Below the pieces are notes generated by a model, which searched no databases, was not told the DNA's origin, and saw nothing but the letters and a program-made list of their open reading frames with translations. A program made the translations under genes and the position numbers. Shown here one piece after another: positions 1 through 10,615 of a DNA stretch of 64,000 nt. Source of the DNA: Planctomycetota bacterium (lineage in GTDB: Bacteria; Planctomycetota; UBA1135; UBA2386); the NCBI GenBank assembly GCA_965228735.1, contig OZ245838.1:4160001-4224000 (forward strand). Direction: 5' to 3'. Within the stretch, counting starts at the first letter, position 1; each line of letters starts with the position of its first letter.

Positions 1-161
1 GGGTCGAAGCCGCAGATCGTGCCGACGATCTGCCAGAACGCGTTCTGCGGATGCGCGTAGTACTCCGCCGCGGCGAGCGACCGCACCCCCGGCATGCTGC
101 CGAGGATCAGCACCCGCGCCGACCGATCCGCGATCGGCGCGAAGCTGCGGACGCGTGACAT
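1..161 (-). CDS. Uracil-DNA glycosylase superfamily protein (DNA-deoxyinosine/MUG-like glycosylase), N-terminal part only; runs off the window edge
   Basis: Manual translation from ATG at 161 gives [54 protein letters not shown] and YYAHPxNxFW are characteristic of this family. Confidence 0.85.
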   Translation of the reverse strand, partial: MSRVRSFAPIADRSARVLILGSMPGVRSLAAAEYYAHPQNAFWQIVGTICGFD

Positions 162-178
162 GCCCCGCTGCGCGCCTC

Positions 179-2875
179 TCAGCGCGTCTCTCCTCGCTGG
201 GCGCCGGCGCCGAGGATGGCGTTGAACACGAACTTGAACGTGCCGATCGGCTGCCCCCGATAGGTCACGTCCGCGCCGTAGAGCACGATCCGGCCCTTGC
301 CGACCTTCGCCTCGACGACGGCCGCCTTGCCGGCGAGCCGTTCGGCGCCGATCGCCCAACCGGACAGCAACGGGTCCTCCGCGCGATACGTCGCGACCGC
401 GGTGACCGGCGCGTCCGAATCCGTGATCTCGAGGATCGTCGAACTCCGCCGCACCATCGCAGCGAGCTCCTTCGGGCAGCCGGCCGCGAGAGCGTGCGAC
501 CGATCGACCTCGATCGCGAGCAGCGAGCCGGGGCAGTAGAACTCCTCGCGGTTCGCGAGCCGCTCCCCGTCGCCTTCCGTCTCGGACTCGCCCTCTTCGT
601 TCGCCGGCACGTGCACGCCGACCTTGATCGGCAGATCGAAGTGCTTGATCACCTTCGTGCATTCGCCGCCGAACGCGAGCAGCGTGCCGCCGCCCTCGAC
701 GAACGCACGGATCGCGGGCAGCGCGGCTTCGCTCGTGAGCGCGGTCGATCGCGCCTCGAGGTCGCTCCAGTCCTCGAACGGCGGCAGCGCATCTTTCAGC
801 TTCTCGAGATCCGGCGGATTGCGGCGCCGCATCGAACGCTGCAGGTCGCGCGGGCCGGGCAGGCCGGTGTGGAACATCAGCACGTCGTAGTCCCGCGCGA
901 GTTCGCCGGCGTGGATCCGCTCGCCGAAGACGCGCTGCACCGCGAAGCCGTAGTCCTCGAGCACCCACTGGTCCCAGCCCGTCGGCATGTGGCCGCCGAA
1001 GCGGTCGAACAGGCCGACGCGCGCCCGGCGCAGCGGCGTGGGCGGCGACGCGTCCCCACGTTTGCCCTCCCGAATGCGCATGTCGGCAACGCTCGCGACC
1101 TCGGCGAGAACAGCGACGGAGTCGGCATCGAGGTCCACGACGAACCCGCCGTCCCCCTGCGCGACGGGACGACCCGCCGCGAGCAGCCGGTTGGCGGCCA
1201 GCGTGCTGTGGCTGTCGCGTGCGTCGAGCCAGTACTGCCCCGTGGCCGCGGGCAACAGGTTGCGCTCCGTCAGCCCGACGGCGCCGAGGCGCTCGAGCTT
1301 CTGCATCGTCGCATCGTCGAGCCCGTCGAAGCCACGCTCGACCTCGACGCCCATCTGCATCGCAAGCGTCCAGCCGGCCGCGTCGTATGGCGGCACGGGT
1401 TTGCCGTTCTGCGTGTCGTCCGGATGCCACTGCGGCTCGAACATGTCCATCACGTGCGGCCGGTAGGCCTGCGCCGTCAACACGACGAGCGAGCCCGCGG
1501 GCATCGCCTTGCCAGAGAGCTCGAACGCGGCGCGGGCGCGATGCACCTCGACGCCACAACGGTCGAGCGCGCGCGCGAACCGCCGCGCGGCAGCCCAGTC
1601 GCGCTGATTGCGCGGCAGCACATAAACGCGCGGATCACGCAGCGCGGGATCCGAGAACGCGGTCTCCGACTCCTCCCGCTCCTCCGCCGCCGCCATGAGC
1701 TTCGGCGTCACCGTCCAGTGATCGCGGCTGCCGCGCTCGATCGAGCGCGACGCCATCGTCCAGATCCCGTGCAGCAGCTCGCGGCGATAGCGCGCCGCGT
1801 AGTCGAGGATCGCGAAGTTCGCGGTCTGCATGTATTCGATCGTCTGCCGCGCGTGCCACATCTGCGTCGGGACGGGATCGGGGTAGTCGCCGTAGGGCAG
1901 GCGCCGCCGCATCGTCTGCGTGATCTTCGTCGGCGCCGGCCGGCCGAACGACTCCGTGAGGATGCCGATCACGTTGTGGAAGTAGTTCACGGTGCGCAAA
2001 CCCCCGTTCCACCACGTCGAGTACGACGCGCCGCTCTCGCTGATGATCCCGGGCTTGCCCTCGTAGGCGAAGCGCGCGTTCATGTGCGCGCTCACGAGCT
2101 CGATGCCGCGCGCGACCATCGGGTCGACGTGGTAGTTCATCGGATCGCGGAACGGCGGCGTGTACATGATCGTCCCCCGCGGCGCCGACTGGTGGTGGTT
2201 GTAGACGATCTGGGGGCACCACGTCTTGTAGAAGACCCGCGTCGTGTTCTGCGTCTCGACCTGGTTGCACGCGTAGAAGTCGCGGTTGTTGTCGTGGCCG
2301 ACGTAGCGCTGGTAGAGCACGGGGATCGCCATGTTGCGCGTCGCGCGATAGGCGTTGGCGATGAGCTCGTAGCCGTCCGGGTTGACGGGACACGCGAGCA
2401 GCACGACCTCGTCGAGGATGCGTTTCACCTCCGCGTCGTCGCGCGACACCATCTGCCAGACGAGCTCGATGATGTTCTGTCCGGCGATCGACTCGGTCGC
2501 GTGCAGGCCCGCATCGATCCACACGACGGCGCGGCCCTCGTCGGCGAACGCCCGGGCCGCGGCACCGTCCAGGCGCCCCTTGCTGAGCTGACACGAGATG
2601 TCGCGCAGTCGTTCGACCCGCGCGAGGTTCGCGGGCGAGCTGATGACCGCCATGAGCGTGCGCTGCCCGTAACTCGTCGGGCCGATGTCGACGAGCCGCA
2701 TCCGGTCGCTGCCCGCCTCGAGCTTGCGGAAGTAGCGCACCATGTCGGTGTAGTTGCAGAGCTGGTAGTCGGCGCCGACCTCGTGGCCGAGGAAGTCGGT
2801 CGGACTCGGGAGCTGCGACAGTGCGCTCCCGGTCAGCAGGGCGAGCGCGAGAATCGTGGCGGGGCCGTTCGGCAT
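179..2875 (-). CDS. Exported M14-family zinc carboxypeptidase-like protein
   Basis: Signal peptide; [10 protein letters not shown] (HxxE), NPDG, HDNNRD and NHHQ motifs; C-terminal GATase-like region ([12 protein letters not shown]). Confidence 0.85.
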   Translation of the reverse strand: MPNGPATILALALLTGSALSQLPSPTDFLGHEVGADYQLCNYTDMVRYFRKLEAGSDRMRLVDIGPTSYGQRTLMAVISSPANLARVERLRDISCQLSKGRLDGAAARAFADEGRAVVWIDAGLHATESIAGQNIIELVWQMVSRDDAEVKRILDEVVLLACPVNPDGYELIANAYRATRNMAIPVLYQRYVGHDNNRDFYACNQVETQNTTRVFYKTWCPQIVYNHHQSAPRGTIMYTPPFRDPMNYHVDPMVARGIELVSAHMNARFAYEGKPGIISESGASYSTWWNGGLRTVNYFHNVIGILTESFGRPAPTKITQTMRRRLPYGDYPDPVPTQMWHARQTIEYMQTANFAILDYAARYRRELLHGIWTMASRSIERGSRDHWTVTPKLMAAAEEREESETAFSDPALRDPRVYVLPRNQRDWAAARRFARALDRCGVEVHRARAAFELSGKAMPAGSLVVLTAQAYRPHVMDMFEPQWHPDDTQNGKPVPPYDAAGWTLAMQMGVEVERGFDGLDDATMQKLERLGAVGLTERNLLPAATGQYWLDARDSHSTLAANRLLAAGRPVAQGDGGFVVDLDADSVAVLAEVASVADMRIREGKRGDASPPTPLRRARVGLFDRFGGHMPTGWDQWVLEDYGFAVQRVFGERIHAGELARDYDVLMFHTGLPGPRDLQRSMRRRNPPDLEKLKDALPPFEDWSDLEARSTALTSEAALPAIRAFVEGGGTLLAFGGECTKVIKHFDLPIKVGVHVPANEEGESETEGDGERLANREEFYCPGSLLAIEVDRSHALAAGCPKELAAMVRRSSTILEITDSDAPVTAVATYRAEDPLLSGWAIGAERLAGKAAVVEAKVGKGRIVLYGADVTYRGQPIGTFKFVFNAILGAGAQRGETR

Positions 2876-2932
2876 ACGCCGATCGTAGATCGGCGGCGCC
2901 GTCCACCCACGATTCTTCGCCGCCGTGACAGC

Positions 2933-5900
2933 TCAGTTACCGACGGTCGTGATCACGCCGTTGCTCAGATCCCACCCGTCCGGGTGCGGCGTCGGCGTGA
3001 TCGCCGCCTGGTTCGCGACCCGAATCCCGAGCAGCACCGGCGAGTTCGGAACGAAGACGCTGAACTGCGCTTCCCCCTGCACCACGCCGCTGAGGCCGGC
3101 GTCGACCGCCGTGCCCGCGAGCATGAGCAGCAGACAGTCGTTCGTCACGGGCATCGGCTCGGAGCCGGTCAAGCCGAGGAGCAGCCACGCGACGGCGCCG
3201 GCCGTGATCCCCTCGCATCGGGAGTTGACGATCGTGCCGACCACGGGATCGTCGACGAGCAGCCGCGGCGCACCGCGACCGGCCGCGCAGGCCGCGCCGA
3301 TCGACACCGCGGACGCGCCGACGTCGAGGCCCCACAGCTCGGCACCCGTCGTGCCGTCGTCGCCGACGAACATCACCTGGTTGGCGTGGACGAGACCCAT
3401 CGCCAACGCCTGCAGGCCACCCGACGGCAGCACGGTCGTCGTCGCTGGCGTGCCGCCGGTGCGGTACAGGACCGATCCGGCAGCGGTCTGCGACCAGAAG
3501 TACGCGAACCTCGTGCCCGGCGCGACCGGCGGCGCGAAGACGCCGCCGACCCCCGCCGCGGAGTCGACGAGGAGTTCCGTGCCGGCTGCCGTCCCGTCGC
3601 TGACGAAGACCTCGGGGCCGGTCACCGTGGTGTCCGCGACGAACAGCACGCGATCGCCGAACGGCACGAGCTCACCGATCGTCGCACCGCCCGCACCCGG
3701 TTCGAGATCGGCGACGCGCTGCGTGCCGGCCGGAGTGCCGTCGGTCGCCCACAGCTCGGTGCCGTTCACGCCGTCGTCGGCGACGAACCAGACCCGCCCG
3801 CCGGCATACGTCATGCCGGTCGGATCACCGCTGCCGGCACCGGGCTGGATGTCGGCGAGCTGGAACGTCCCGGTCCCCGTGAGATCCGAGATCCACAGCT
3901 CGCGTCCGTTCGTCGTCGTCGTCGCAGCGAACACGAGGCGGTCACCGAGCACGCAGAGGTCCGCGGGCGACGAGCTGCCGCCGAACGGCTCGATATCGAG
4001 CACGATGAAGCTCGCACCGTCGTGCGCGATCAGCTCGCGGCCGTCGAACGGGCGCGTCGCCGCGAAGCACAACCACTCGCCGAGTTGCACGAGATCGTCC
4101 GGATCCGAACCCGTGATCCCGCCCGAGATGTCCTCGAGCAGCGTCGTGCCGGCCGCCGTGCCGTCGCTGACCCAGACCTCGGAACCCGTTGCCGGCGTCG
4201 TCGCGACGAACGCGAGGCGACCGCGCCAGTCCATGAGGTGGTCGGGATCCGACCCGGCCACGCCCGGCACGATGTCCGCGACGAGACTCGCGGCGCCGGC
4301 ACCGTCGACCCGCCACAGCTCGCGCCCCGTCGTGCCGCCCGACCCGTCGTCGGCCGTGAAGTAGAGGTAGCGCCCGGCCCGCGTGATCGAACGGGGATCG
4401 CTGCCGCCGAACGGCGCGATGTCCGCCACGCGCGTGGTCGTCACCCCGTCGGTGCGCCACAGCTCACGCCCCGCGATGTCGTCCTCGGCGGAGAAGAACG
4501 CGGCCTCGTAGTCGGCCGTGAGTTCACGCGGCGCGGACGAGTCGGCCGTCCCGAGGCCCGGCGACAGATCGATGATCTGCTGCGTTCCCGCGGTCGTCCC
4601 GTCGCTGCGCCACGGCTCGACGCCGGAGACTCCGTCGTCGCCCGCGAAGATCGCGTCGGTGCCGAGCACGGCGATCCCGCGGCCGACGCCGTTGCCGATC
4701 GGCCGCACGTTCCGCACGAGCGTGGCCGCGGCCGGCGTCGCGTAATACAGCTCCCGCCCGACGCCCGACCCGAGCGCGGAGAAGTAGACGTCGTTGCCGA
4801 CCGGCGTGATGTCACGTGGGTTCGACCACGCGAAGCCAGTCGCGAGATCGCCGAGCAGCGTGACGACGCCGCCGACGGCCGAGTAGAGCTCCTTGCCGGT
4901 CGTGGACGTGGTCGCCGCGAAGTACAGCGTGTTGCCGGCCGCGACGAAGTCCCGCGGGAACGAGTGCCCGGCGCCCGGTTCGATCTCGGTCACGATCGCG
5001 GTGTTGGCCGCCGTGCCGTCGGTCGACCAGAGTTCGGACCCCGACGCCGCCGTCATGTGCGAGAAGTAGATGCGATTGCCGACCGCGGTCAGGTAGGCCG
5101 GGGCGCTGCCGGTCGCGTTCAGACCGACGACGAGCTGCGTGTTCTGCGCGGTCCCGTCCGTCGAGTAGATCCCGCGGCCGCCCGGTCCATTCGCGGAGAA
5201 GTAGACGCGATGCCCCTGGTTGGGCAGCACCGCGTCACAGAACCACCGCGGTTCGTCCGGTCCCAAGGCCCATACGTCGAGCCGCTGCGTGCCGGCCGGC
5301 GTGCCATCCGTCACCCACAGGTCGCGACCGTTCGTGCCGTCGTCCTTGTCGAAGAACACGAGGCTCCCCGCGTACGCGATCGCGTCGTTCGGCGCCATGC
5401 CCGCGATCCCGGGTTCGATGTCACGCAGCAGCATCGTCGTCGCGGGCGTGCCCTGGCTGACCCAGGGCTCGAAGCCGTGCGCGTCGTCCTGCGCGAAGAA
5501 GATCGCCGTGCCGTTCAGATCGACGATCCGTTCGGGGAAGCTGCCCTGGGCCCCGGGGCGGATGTCGGCGACGAGCACGGTGCCCGCCGGCGTCCCGTCC
5601 GAACGCCAGAGTTCGCGTCCGACTGGTGTGTCCGTGGCGACGAACCACAGCTCGTTCCCGACCGGCGTCGCCCACTCCATCAACGCCTCGGCGGGCGGGA
5701 ACGCGCGCAGGAGCCGCGTCCCGGCGGCGGTGCCGTCGGTGCAGAACAGACCCGGCCCGGACACCGGATCGACCGCGGTGAAGTACACGAGCCCGCCGGC
5801 CTCGACGCAGTCGCGCACCGCCGACGACGGCGGGTTGGAGAACGTCGCGCGGATATCGGCGATGAGGACCGGCGATTGCGCGGTGACAGCGGCGGTGAGC

Positions 5901-5941
5901 AGCAGCCCGAGCAGGGAACGGCAAGAACGGTGTAGCGCCAT
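2933..5941 (-). CDS. Secreted ELWxxDGT-repeat protein with a C-terminal beta-rich domain
   Basis: About 18 repeats such as GRELWRSDGT, GSELWSTDGT and GTELWATDGT. Likely start ATG 5941 gives the signal peptide MALHRSCRSLLGLLLTAAVTAQ. Confidence 0.9.
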   Translation of the reverse strand: MALHRSCRSLLGLLLTAAVTAQSPVLIADIRATFSNPPSSAVRDCVEAGGLVYFTAVDPVSGPGLFCTDGTAAGTRLLRAFPPAEALMEWATPVGNELWFVATDTPVGRELWRSDGTPAGTVLVADIRPGAQGSFPERIVDLNGTAIFFAQDDAHGFEPWVSQGTPATTMLLRDIEPGIAGMAPNDAIAYAGSLVFFDKDDGTNGRDLWVTDGTPAGTQRLDVWALGPDEPRWFCDAVLPNQGHRVYFSANGPGGRGIYSTDGTAQNTQLVVGLNATGSAPAYLTAVGNRIYFSHMTAASGSELWSTDGTAANTAIVTEIEPGAGHSFPRDFVAAGNTLYFAATTSTTGKELYSAVGGVVTLLGDLATGFAWSNPRDITPVGNDVYFSALGSGVGRELYYATPAAATLVRNVRPIGNGVGRGIAVLGTDAIFAGDDGVSGVEPWRSDGTTAGTQQIIDLSPGLGTADSSAPRELTADYEAAFFSAEDDIAGRELWRTDGVTTTRVADIAPFGGSDPRSITRAGRYLYFTADDGSGGTTGRELWRVDGAGAASLVADIVPGVAGSDPDHLMDWRGRLAFVATTPATGSEVWVSDGTAAGTTLLEDISGGITGSDPDDLVQLGEWLCFAATRPFDGRELIAHDGASFIVLDIEPFGGSSSPADLCVLGDRLVFAATTTTNGRELWISDLTGTGTFQLADIQPGAGSGDPTGMTYAGGRVWFVADDGVNGTELWATDGTPAGTQRVADLEPGAGGATIGELVPFGDRVLFVADTTVTGPEVFVSDGTAAGTELLVDSAAGVGGVFAPPVAPGTRFAYFWSQTAAGSVLYRTGGTPATTTVLPSGGLQALAMGLVHANQVMFVGDDGTTGAELWGLDVGASAVSIGAACAAGRGAPRLLVDDPVVGTIVNSRCEGITAGAVAWLLLGLTGSEPMPVTNDCLLLMLAGTAVDAGLSGVVQGEAQFSVFVPNSPVLLGIRVANQAAITPTPHPDGWDLSNGVITTVGN

Positions 5942-6050
5942 GAACGAAAACTCCAGCGTGCGTCGGCACCGGATCTCGGCGCCCACCTCACGGAGCGCAC
6001 CCGGGCCCTCACAGCGCACAGGATTTCTGCACGTGCTACCTTCTGCCGCG

Positions 6051-9000
6051 ATGGCCGAGTCCACGTCCGACCCCGTCGAGGCGCTCCTCACCGGCGTGAT
6101 CGAGCTGCCCGACAACGAGCAGCCGGCGGCGCTGCGCGCCGTCTGCACCGACCATCCGCGGCTCGCAGACGACCTGCGTTCGCGCTACGCGACCTACGTG
6201 CGGCTGCAGCACGCGACGCCCGCCGACGTCGCACCGATATCGGGTCGCCGGTTCGGCGAGTTCGAGCTGCAGCGCGAACTCGGCCGCGGCGGCATGGGCA
6301 TCGTCTACCTCGCGCGCCAGCGCCGCGCCGGCGGCGAACGATTGGTCGCCCTCAAGATCATTCGCGACCGCGGCCTGTTGTCCGATCGTGCGCACGAACG
6401 CTTCCGGCGCGAGGCCGCGGCCTCGTTCCGCCTCGACGATCCGGGACTATGCCCGGTGTTCGACGCCGGCGACGTCGACGGCACGCCGTGGCTCGCGATG
6501 CGGTACGTCCCCGGACGCACACTCGCCGAGCACATCGCGGACGCTCGCACGAGTGGCACGCTCGCACTGCCCGCCGCGGACTCCGAGTCCAACGCCAGCG
6601 ACTCGGGCACCGCGAGTGGCACGCGCGTGACGACCGGCGGCGACCGCTTCGCCGGCGTGCTCGCGCTCGGCGAATCCCTCGCGCGCTCGCTGCACGCCGC
6701 GCACGAAGCCGGCTTCGTCCACCGCGACGTCAAGCCGAGCAACGTCATGGTCACGCCCGAGGGTCAGCCCGTGCTCCTCGACTTCGGGCTCGTGCACGAG
6801 ACGAGCAACGACAGCTCGCTGACGATGACCGGCGAGACGCTCGGCACGCCCGCCTACATGGCGCCGGAGCAGATCGACGGCAACGGCCCGGTCGATCGCA
6901 CGACCGACGTCTATTCGCTGGCGGCGACCGTGTTCGAAGCGATCGCGCTCGAGCCGCCGTTCCAAGGCCGAACGCGCGAGGAGCTGTTTAGGAACATCCT
7001 GCATCAACCGCCGGCCGACCTGCGCCGCCTCGTGCCGGGCATACCACCGGATCTGCAGACGGTGCTCGCCACCGCGTTGGCGCGCGACCCGGGCCAGCGC
7101 TACGCGACCGCCCTCGAGTTCGCGCTCGAGCTCGCGCGGGTGCGGCAACACAAACCGATCCTCGCGCGGCCGCCCGGCATCGCGCGCCGCGTCCGACTCT
7201 GGTCCGCCCGCAACCGCGTCGCCGCGGCGCTCATGGCCGCGCTGACCGTCGCCTTGATCGCCGTCGTCGGCGTCGCGATCGACGCGCGGCAACAGCGCAA
7301 CCGCGCCGCCGCCAGCCTGCAGTCCGCGCGCCTCGCCGTCGCGGAACTCATCCGCGTGCAGGAGGAGGACCTCGCGGGCGTCCCGTGGCTCGAGTCGCAG
7401 CGCCGCGAGTTGCAGCACCGGGCGCGGCAGTTCTTGCAGGAGTTCTTGCGCGATCACGCCGATGTCCCCGAGCTCGCGAGCGACCACGCCGAGGCGACGA
7501 TCCTCGCGGCCCAGCTGGAGCTCGCACTCGGGAACGCAACCGGAGCCGCAAACCTGCGCGACGAAGCCGCCGCCGCGCTCGAGCGCGCGGCAGCAGCCGG
7601 CGAGACCGACCGGGCGATCGCGGGGGCGCTCGCGCGCCTCGGTGGATCGCTCGCGATCCGGATCGGCGACAACGAGGCCGCGGCACGCGAGTTCGAAACC
7701 GCGGCCGAGCACTTCCTCGCGGCCCCGCGGACCGCCAGAACGACGGAGGCCGCCATCGACGCGCTGCAGAGCGCGGCGGCCGCGTTCGAGAACGGCAACG
7801 ACCGGGAGCGTGCGTTCGCCGCCGTCGATCGCGCCGCCAACCTCGCGGTCAACGACCTCGCGGCGGACGACCCGGCACTGACCGACGACGTGATGCGCGC
7901 CCACGCCGCCGCGCTGACTCGCCGCGCGCGGCTGCTGAACGAGGCCAGCGACAACGCCACTGCGGATGCCGACTGCGAGTCGGCCACCAGGTTGCTGCGC
8001 GCGCTGCTCGAGCGCCGCCCTCACGACCGGCACACGGTCGCGGGCCTGGCCAACGCGCTCACGGTGCACGTGCGCGCGCACCGACTGCTCGGCCGCGGGC
8101 CCGAACAACGCCAGGCACTCGCCGAGGCCGAAGAGCTGTGGCAGAAGCTCGCGACCGCGTTCCCGCAGACGCCGTCGTATCGCCGCAACCTCGCGAACAT
8201 CGCGCTCGAGCGCGCCCCCTTGCTCGCCATTGACGGCGCACCCGACGAAGCGCTCGCCGCGCTCGAGCGCGCGCGGTCGGCGCTCGAAGACCTCGTCGAA
8301 GAAGACCCGGAAGCGGTCGTGCTCCGCCGCCTGCTCTGCAATGCGTTCATCCGGCTCGGCCAGCACCACTACGCGGACGCGGCACAGTCCATCCCGTACT
8401 ATCGGCAAGCGCTCGCGCACGCGCGCACCCTCGCGAGCAGCCATCCAGACGAGGCCGAACATCACTTCTTCGCGGCACAGTCCGCGCTCTGTCTCGGCGG
8501 CGCGCTCGCGAAACTCGACGACCCGGATGCGCTCGCGATGCTCGTCCTCGGCCGCAGTCATGCCGAGACCATGCGAGACCTGCGACCGGACGACCACCGA
8601 CCGCGCGTCATGTTCTCGAACGCGGCGCACGCCGAGGGGCTCGAACGCGCCGAGCGCGGCGAGGATGCTGCCGCCCTCGCGCTCATGAGAACCGCACTGA
8701 CCGGCGCCGTTGCCAACGCCGATCAGTCGCGAAACGACCTACGCCGACTGTTCGATGCGCTGCTGCACGGAGTCCGCCTGGCGTTGTTCGTCGAGGCCGC
8801 GAGCCCGGACGAGGCGCCGCAGACCTGGGCGGAGCTCGCCGCGTTGTGGGACGCGCGGCCCGAAGCGGCGCGCGATCGCCTCCTTCGCTTCGGCGCCGCG
8901 GAACCCGAGCTCTGCATCCTCGAACGTGGCCGCCACGTCGCGGCCGCGCGCGCCGGTGACCGCGCGGCGCGCGTGGCACTCGCCAGCAACCTCGAGCGGC

Positions 9001-9275
9001 TGCGCAGCTGCGTCGGCATCGCGCCGAAAGCCGCGATGATGCGGCTCGAGATCGTCGCGACGCAAGTCGAGCTGATCGCCGGCGAAGGCGCGAGCCGCGA
9101 GGATCGTGACCGATGGCAGCGCGAGCTCGTCGCCACGGTCACGGACTGGCCGACGACCGACCGCCTGATCGCGATGGACCGTCGGCGCCTCGATCACATC
9201 GTGGAACGACTCTCGAACGTCGACCTGCCGGTCGCGATCAGGGCACGACTCCGCGCCCTGTGTGACGGCAAATGA
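6051..9275 (+). CDS. Hanks-type Ser/Thr protein kinase with a TM helix and a C-terminal TPR-like helical domain
   Basis: LGRGGMGIVY, VALK, HRDVKPSN, DFG and GTPAYMAPEQ; hydrophobic segment after the kinase domain. Start placed at ATG 6051 (MAESTSDP). Confidence 0.93.
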   Translation: MAESTSDPVEALLTGVIELPDNEQPAALRAVCTDHPRLADDLRSRYATYVRLQHATPADVAPISGRRFGEFELQRELGRGGMGIVYLARQRRAGGERLVALKIIRDRGLLSDRAHERFRREAAASFRLDDPGLCPVFDAGDVDGTPWLAMRYVPGRTLAEHIADARTSGTLALPAADSESNASDSGTASGTRVTTGGDRFAGVLALGESLARSLHAAHEAGFVHRDVKPSNVMVTPEGQPVLLDFGLVHETSNDSSLTMTGETLGTPAYMAPEQIDGNGPVDRTTDVYSLAATVFEAIALEPPFQGRTREELFRNILHQPPADLRRLVPGIPPDLQTVLATALARDPGQRYATALEFALELARVRQHKPILARPPGIARRVRLWSARNRVAAALMAALTVALIAVVGVAIDARQQRNRAAASLQSARLAVAELIRVQEEDLAGVPWLESQRRELQHRARQFLQEFLRDHADVPELASDHAEATILAAQLELALGNATGAANLRDEAAAALERAAAAGETDRAIAGALARLGGSLAIRIGDNEAAAREFETAAEHFLAAPRTARTTEAAIDALQSAAAAFENGNDRERAFAAVDRAANLAVNDLAADDPALTDDVMRAHAAALTRRARLLNEASDNATADADCESATRLLRALLERRPHDRHTVAGLANALTVHVRAHRLLGRGPEQRQALAEAEELWQKLATAFPQTPSYRRNLANIALERAPLLAIDGAPDEALAALERARSALEDLVEEDPEAVVLRRLLCNAFIRLGQHHYADAAQSIPYYRQALAHARTLASSHPDEAEHHFFAAQSALCLGGALAKLDDPDALAMLVLGRSHAETMRDLRPDDHRPRVMFSNAAHAEGLERAERGEDAAALALMRTALTGAVANADQSRNDLRRLFDALLHGVRLALFVEAASPDEAPQTWAELAALWDARPEAARDRLLRFGAAEPELCILERGRHVAAARAGDRAARVALASNLERLRSCVGIAPKAAMMRLEIVATQVELIAGEGASREDRDRWQRELVATVTDWPTTDRLIAMDRRRLDHIVERLSNVDLPVAIRARLRALCDGK

Positions 9276-9281
9276 CCGGCG

Positions 9282-9914
9282 TCACTCGTCGGGCTGTTCG
9301 AGCAACGCGTCGAGCTCGCCGCGCTGCAACCGTTCGACGATGCCGGCGAGCTTGAGTAGCGCGCGCTTGTAGCGCATGCGGGTCGCGTTCGCGGCGGCAC
9401 CGATCACCTCACCGATCGCCGCGAATTCGAGCTCCTCGAACGAACGCATCAGGACGATCCGACGTTCGTCGGGCGGCAGGAACTCGAGGCCGAGTCGCAT
9501 CCAGCCGAGCTCTTCCGCGCGCTCCGCAGCGGCGGCCGGCGGCGTCACCTCGTGCGCCGGACTCATGCTGAGGCGCGCACTGACCGCGTCGGCTTCGCTG
9601 ACCGTCTGCGGCCGCGGCTGCCGGTGCGCGGCGCGCGCGCGATCGACGAGCAGATTCCTGATCATCCGGGTCAGCAGCGCGCGGAACTGTTCCCGGTTGG
9701 CGACGAGGAAGCGCGGCACGTAGGCGAGCGCCCGCAGCATGAGCTCCTGCACCCCGTCGCCGGTCTCCTCGAGCGCGCGCAGGACGGGCCCGCGCCCGCT
9801 GCGGATCGCCGTTTCGACCCAGTCGCGATCGCGGGCCAGCAGCTCGAGCAGGGCCTCGCGATCGCCGCCCTGCCAGCGGCGCAGCAGCGCCACCGTTTCG
9901 TCACCGCCGGCCAT
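9282..9914 (-). CDS. ECF sigma-70 factor, kinase-associated type
   Basis: Region 2 (ETGDGVQE...LTRMIRNLLVD) and region 4 (LPPDERRIVLMRSFEELEFAAIG...RMRYKRAL); convergent with the kinase gene. Confidence 0.88.
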   Translation of the reverse strand: MAGGDETVALLRRWQGGDREALLELLARDRDWVETAIRSGRGPVLRALEETGDGVQELMLRALAYVPRFLVANREQFRALLTRMIRNLLVDRARAAHRQPRPQTVSEADAVSARLSMSPAHEVTPPAAAAERAEELGWMRLGLEFLPPDERRIVLMRSFEELEFAAIGEVIGAAANATRMRYKRALLKLAGIVERLQRGELDALLEQPDE

Positions 9915-10030
9915 GGGGTCCGACGATACCGGGCGACCGAACGACCGGGAAGTTGTCGCCTCGCACCGAACGGCCTAAGATCCCGGACCCAAGTTTTGGG
10001 GCCCGGCAGCCGATGCCATCCCTGATCCGC

Positions 10031-10534
10031 ATGCCACCTTCCCGACGAGCCCGTACGAGACTGCCGCTGCAACAGCGCGGCTGGGCCGTCGTGATCGGGG
10101 CGCTGATGCTGCTTGCGCTCGTCGGACCGCACACGTCGTGGTCGGTCTGCCTCACGGGTCGCTGCGTTCCGGGGAACGAGGTCGCGCTGCGCGCCGCTGT
10201 CGACGAGACCGGCGAATCGTGCTACTGCTGCAGCGTGAACGCGGAAACGCCGCAGCGCGATCGGTCGGACGATCGACCCGAGGTGCCCGACGGCCCCGAA
10301 CCGAAGAACGGCAACGACAGCCGCCACGGCTGCTGCATCGATCTCGCGACGCAGATCGACGAGGGCCCGCTGCCGCAACCGGTCGTCCCACCGGACCTCG
10401 AGACCGGCTCGGCCCCGATCCTGCCGCCGGCGATCGCAGTCGTGAGCGCCGCGCGGCACGCGGGCTTCGACACCGGACCACCGCGACCAGCCGAGCTGCT
10501 CGACCGGATCGCGACGACCGTTCTGCGCGAATAG
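10031..10534 (+). CDS. Cys-rich membrane-anchored hypothetical protein, possible leader of the efflux operon
   Basis: N-terminal hydrophobic stretch, CLTGRC, CYCC and GCC clusters, Pro-rich tail with TGPPRP. Start uncertain (9953, 10013 or 10031). Confidence 0.65.
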   Translation: MPPSRRARTRLPLQQRGWAVVIGALMLLALVGPHTSWSVCLTGRCVPGNEVALRAAVDETGESCYCCSVNAETPQRDRSDDRPEVPDGPEPKNGNDSRHGCCIDLATQIDEGPLPQPVVPPDLETGSAPILPPAIAVVSAARHAGFDTGPPRPAELLDRIATTVLRE

Positions 10535-10615
10535 ACCGCCCTGCTCGAGGCCGCCGCCTCGCAGGCCGCGGACGCTGGCATGCGTCCGCCCACCGGTCCG
10601 TTCCGCAGAATTGTC

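Noticed and set aside
155..5935. 1926-aa ORF on the + strand, and many other long overlapping ORFs such as 33907..36534 (-) and 45937..48408 (+)
   Set aside because: These are antisense or alternate-frame shadows of well-supported genes. Their Arg/Ala-rich, motif-free translations are expected in very high-GC DNA.
5985..6013. CGTGAGGT (minus strand) shared by the ELWxxDGT upstream region and the region upstream of the sigma at about 60419-60426
   Set aside because: Spacing to the upstream TGTGA differs (16 versus 20 nt) and the motif is absent before the paralogous sigma, so it is too weak to call a promoter.
5220..6050. Long N-terminal extensions of ORF-track calls (kinase from 5220, MFP from 11629, ATPase from 12762, methyltransferase from 16606, hipA from 54956, kinase from 63519)
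   Set aside because: They overlap neighbouring genes. Downstream starts with an RBS or coupled stop/start overlaps fit better.
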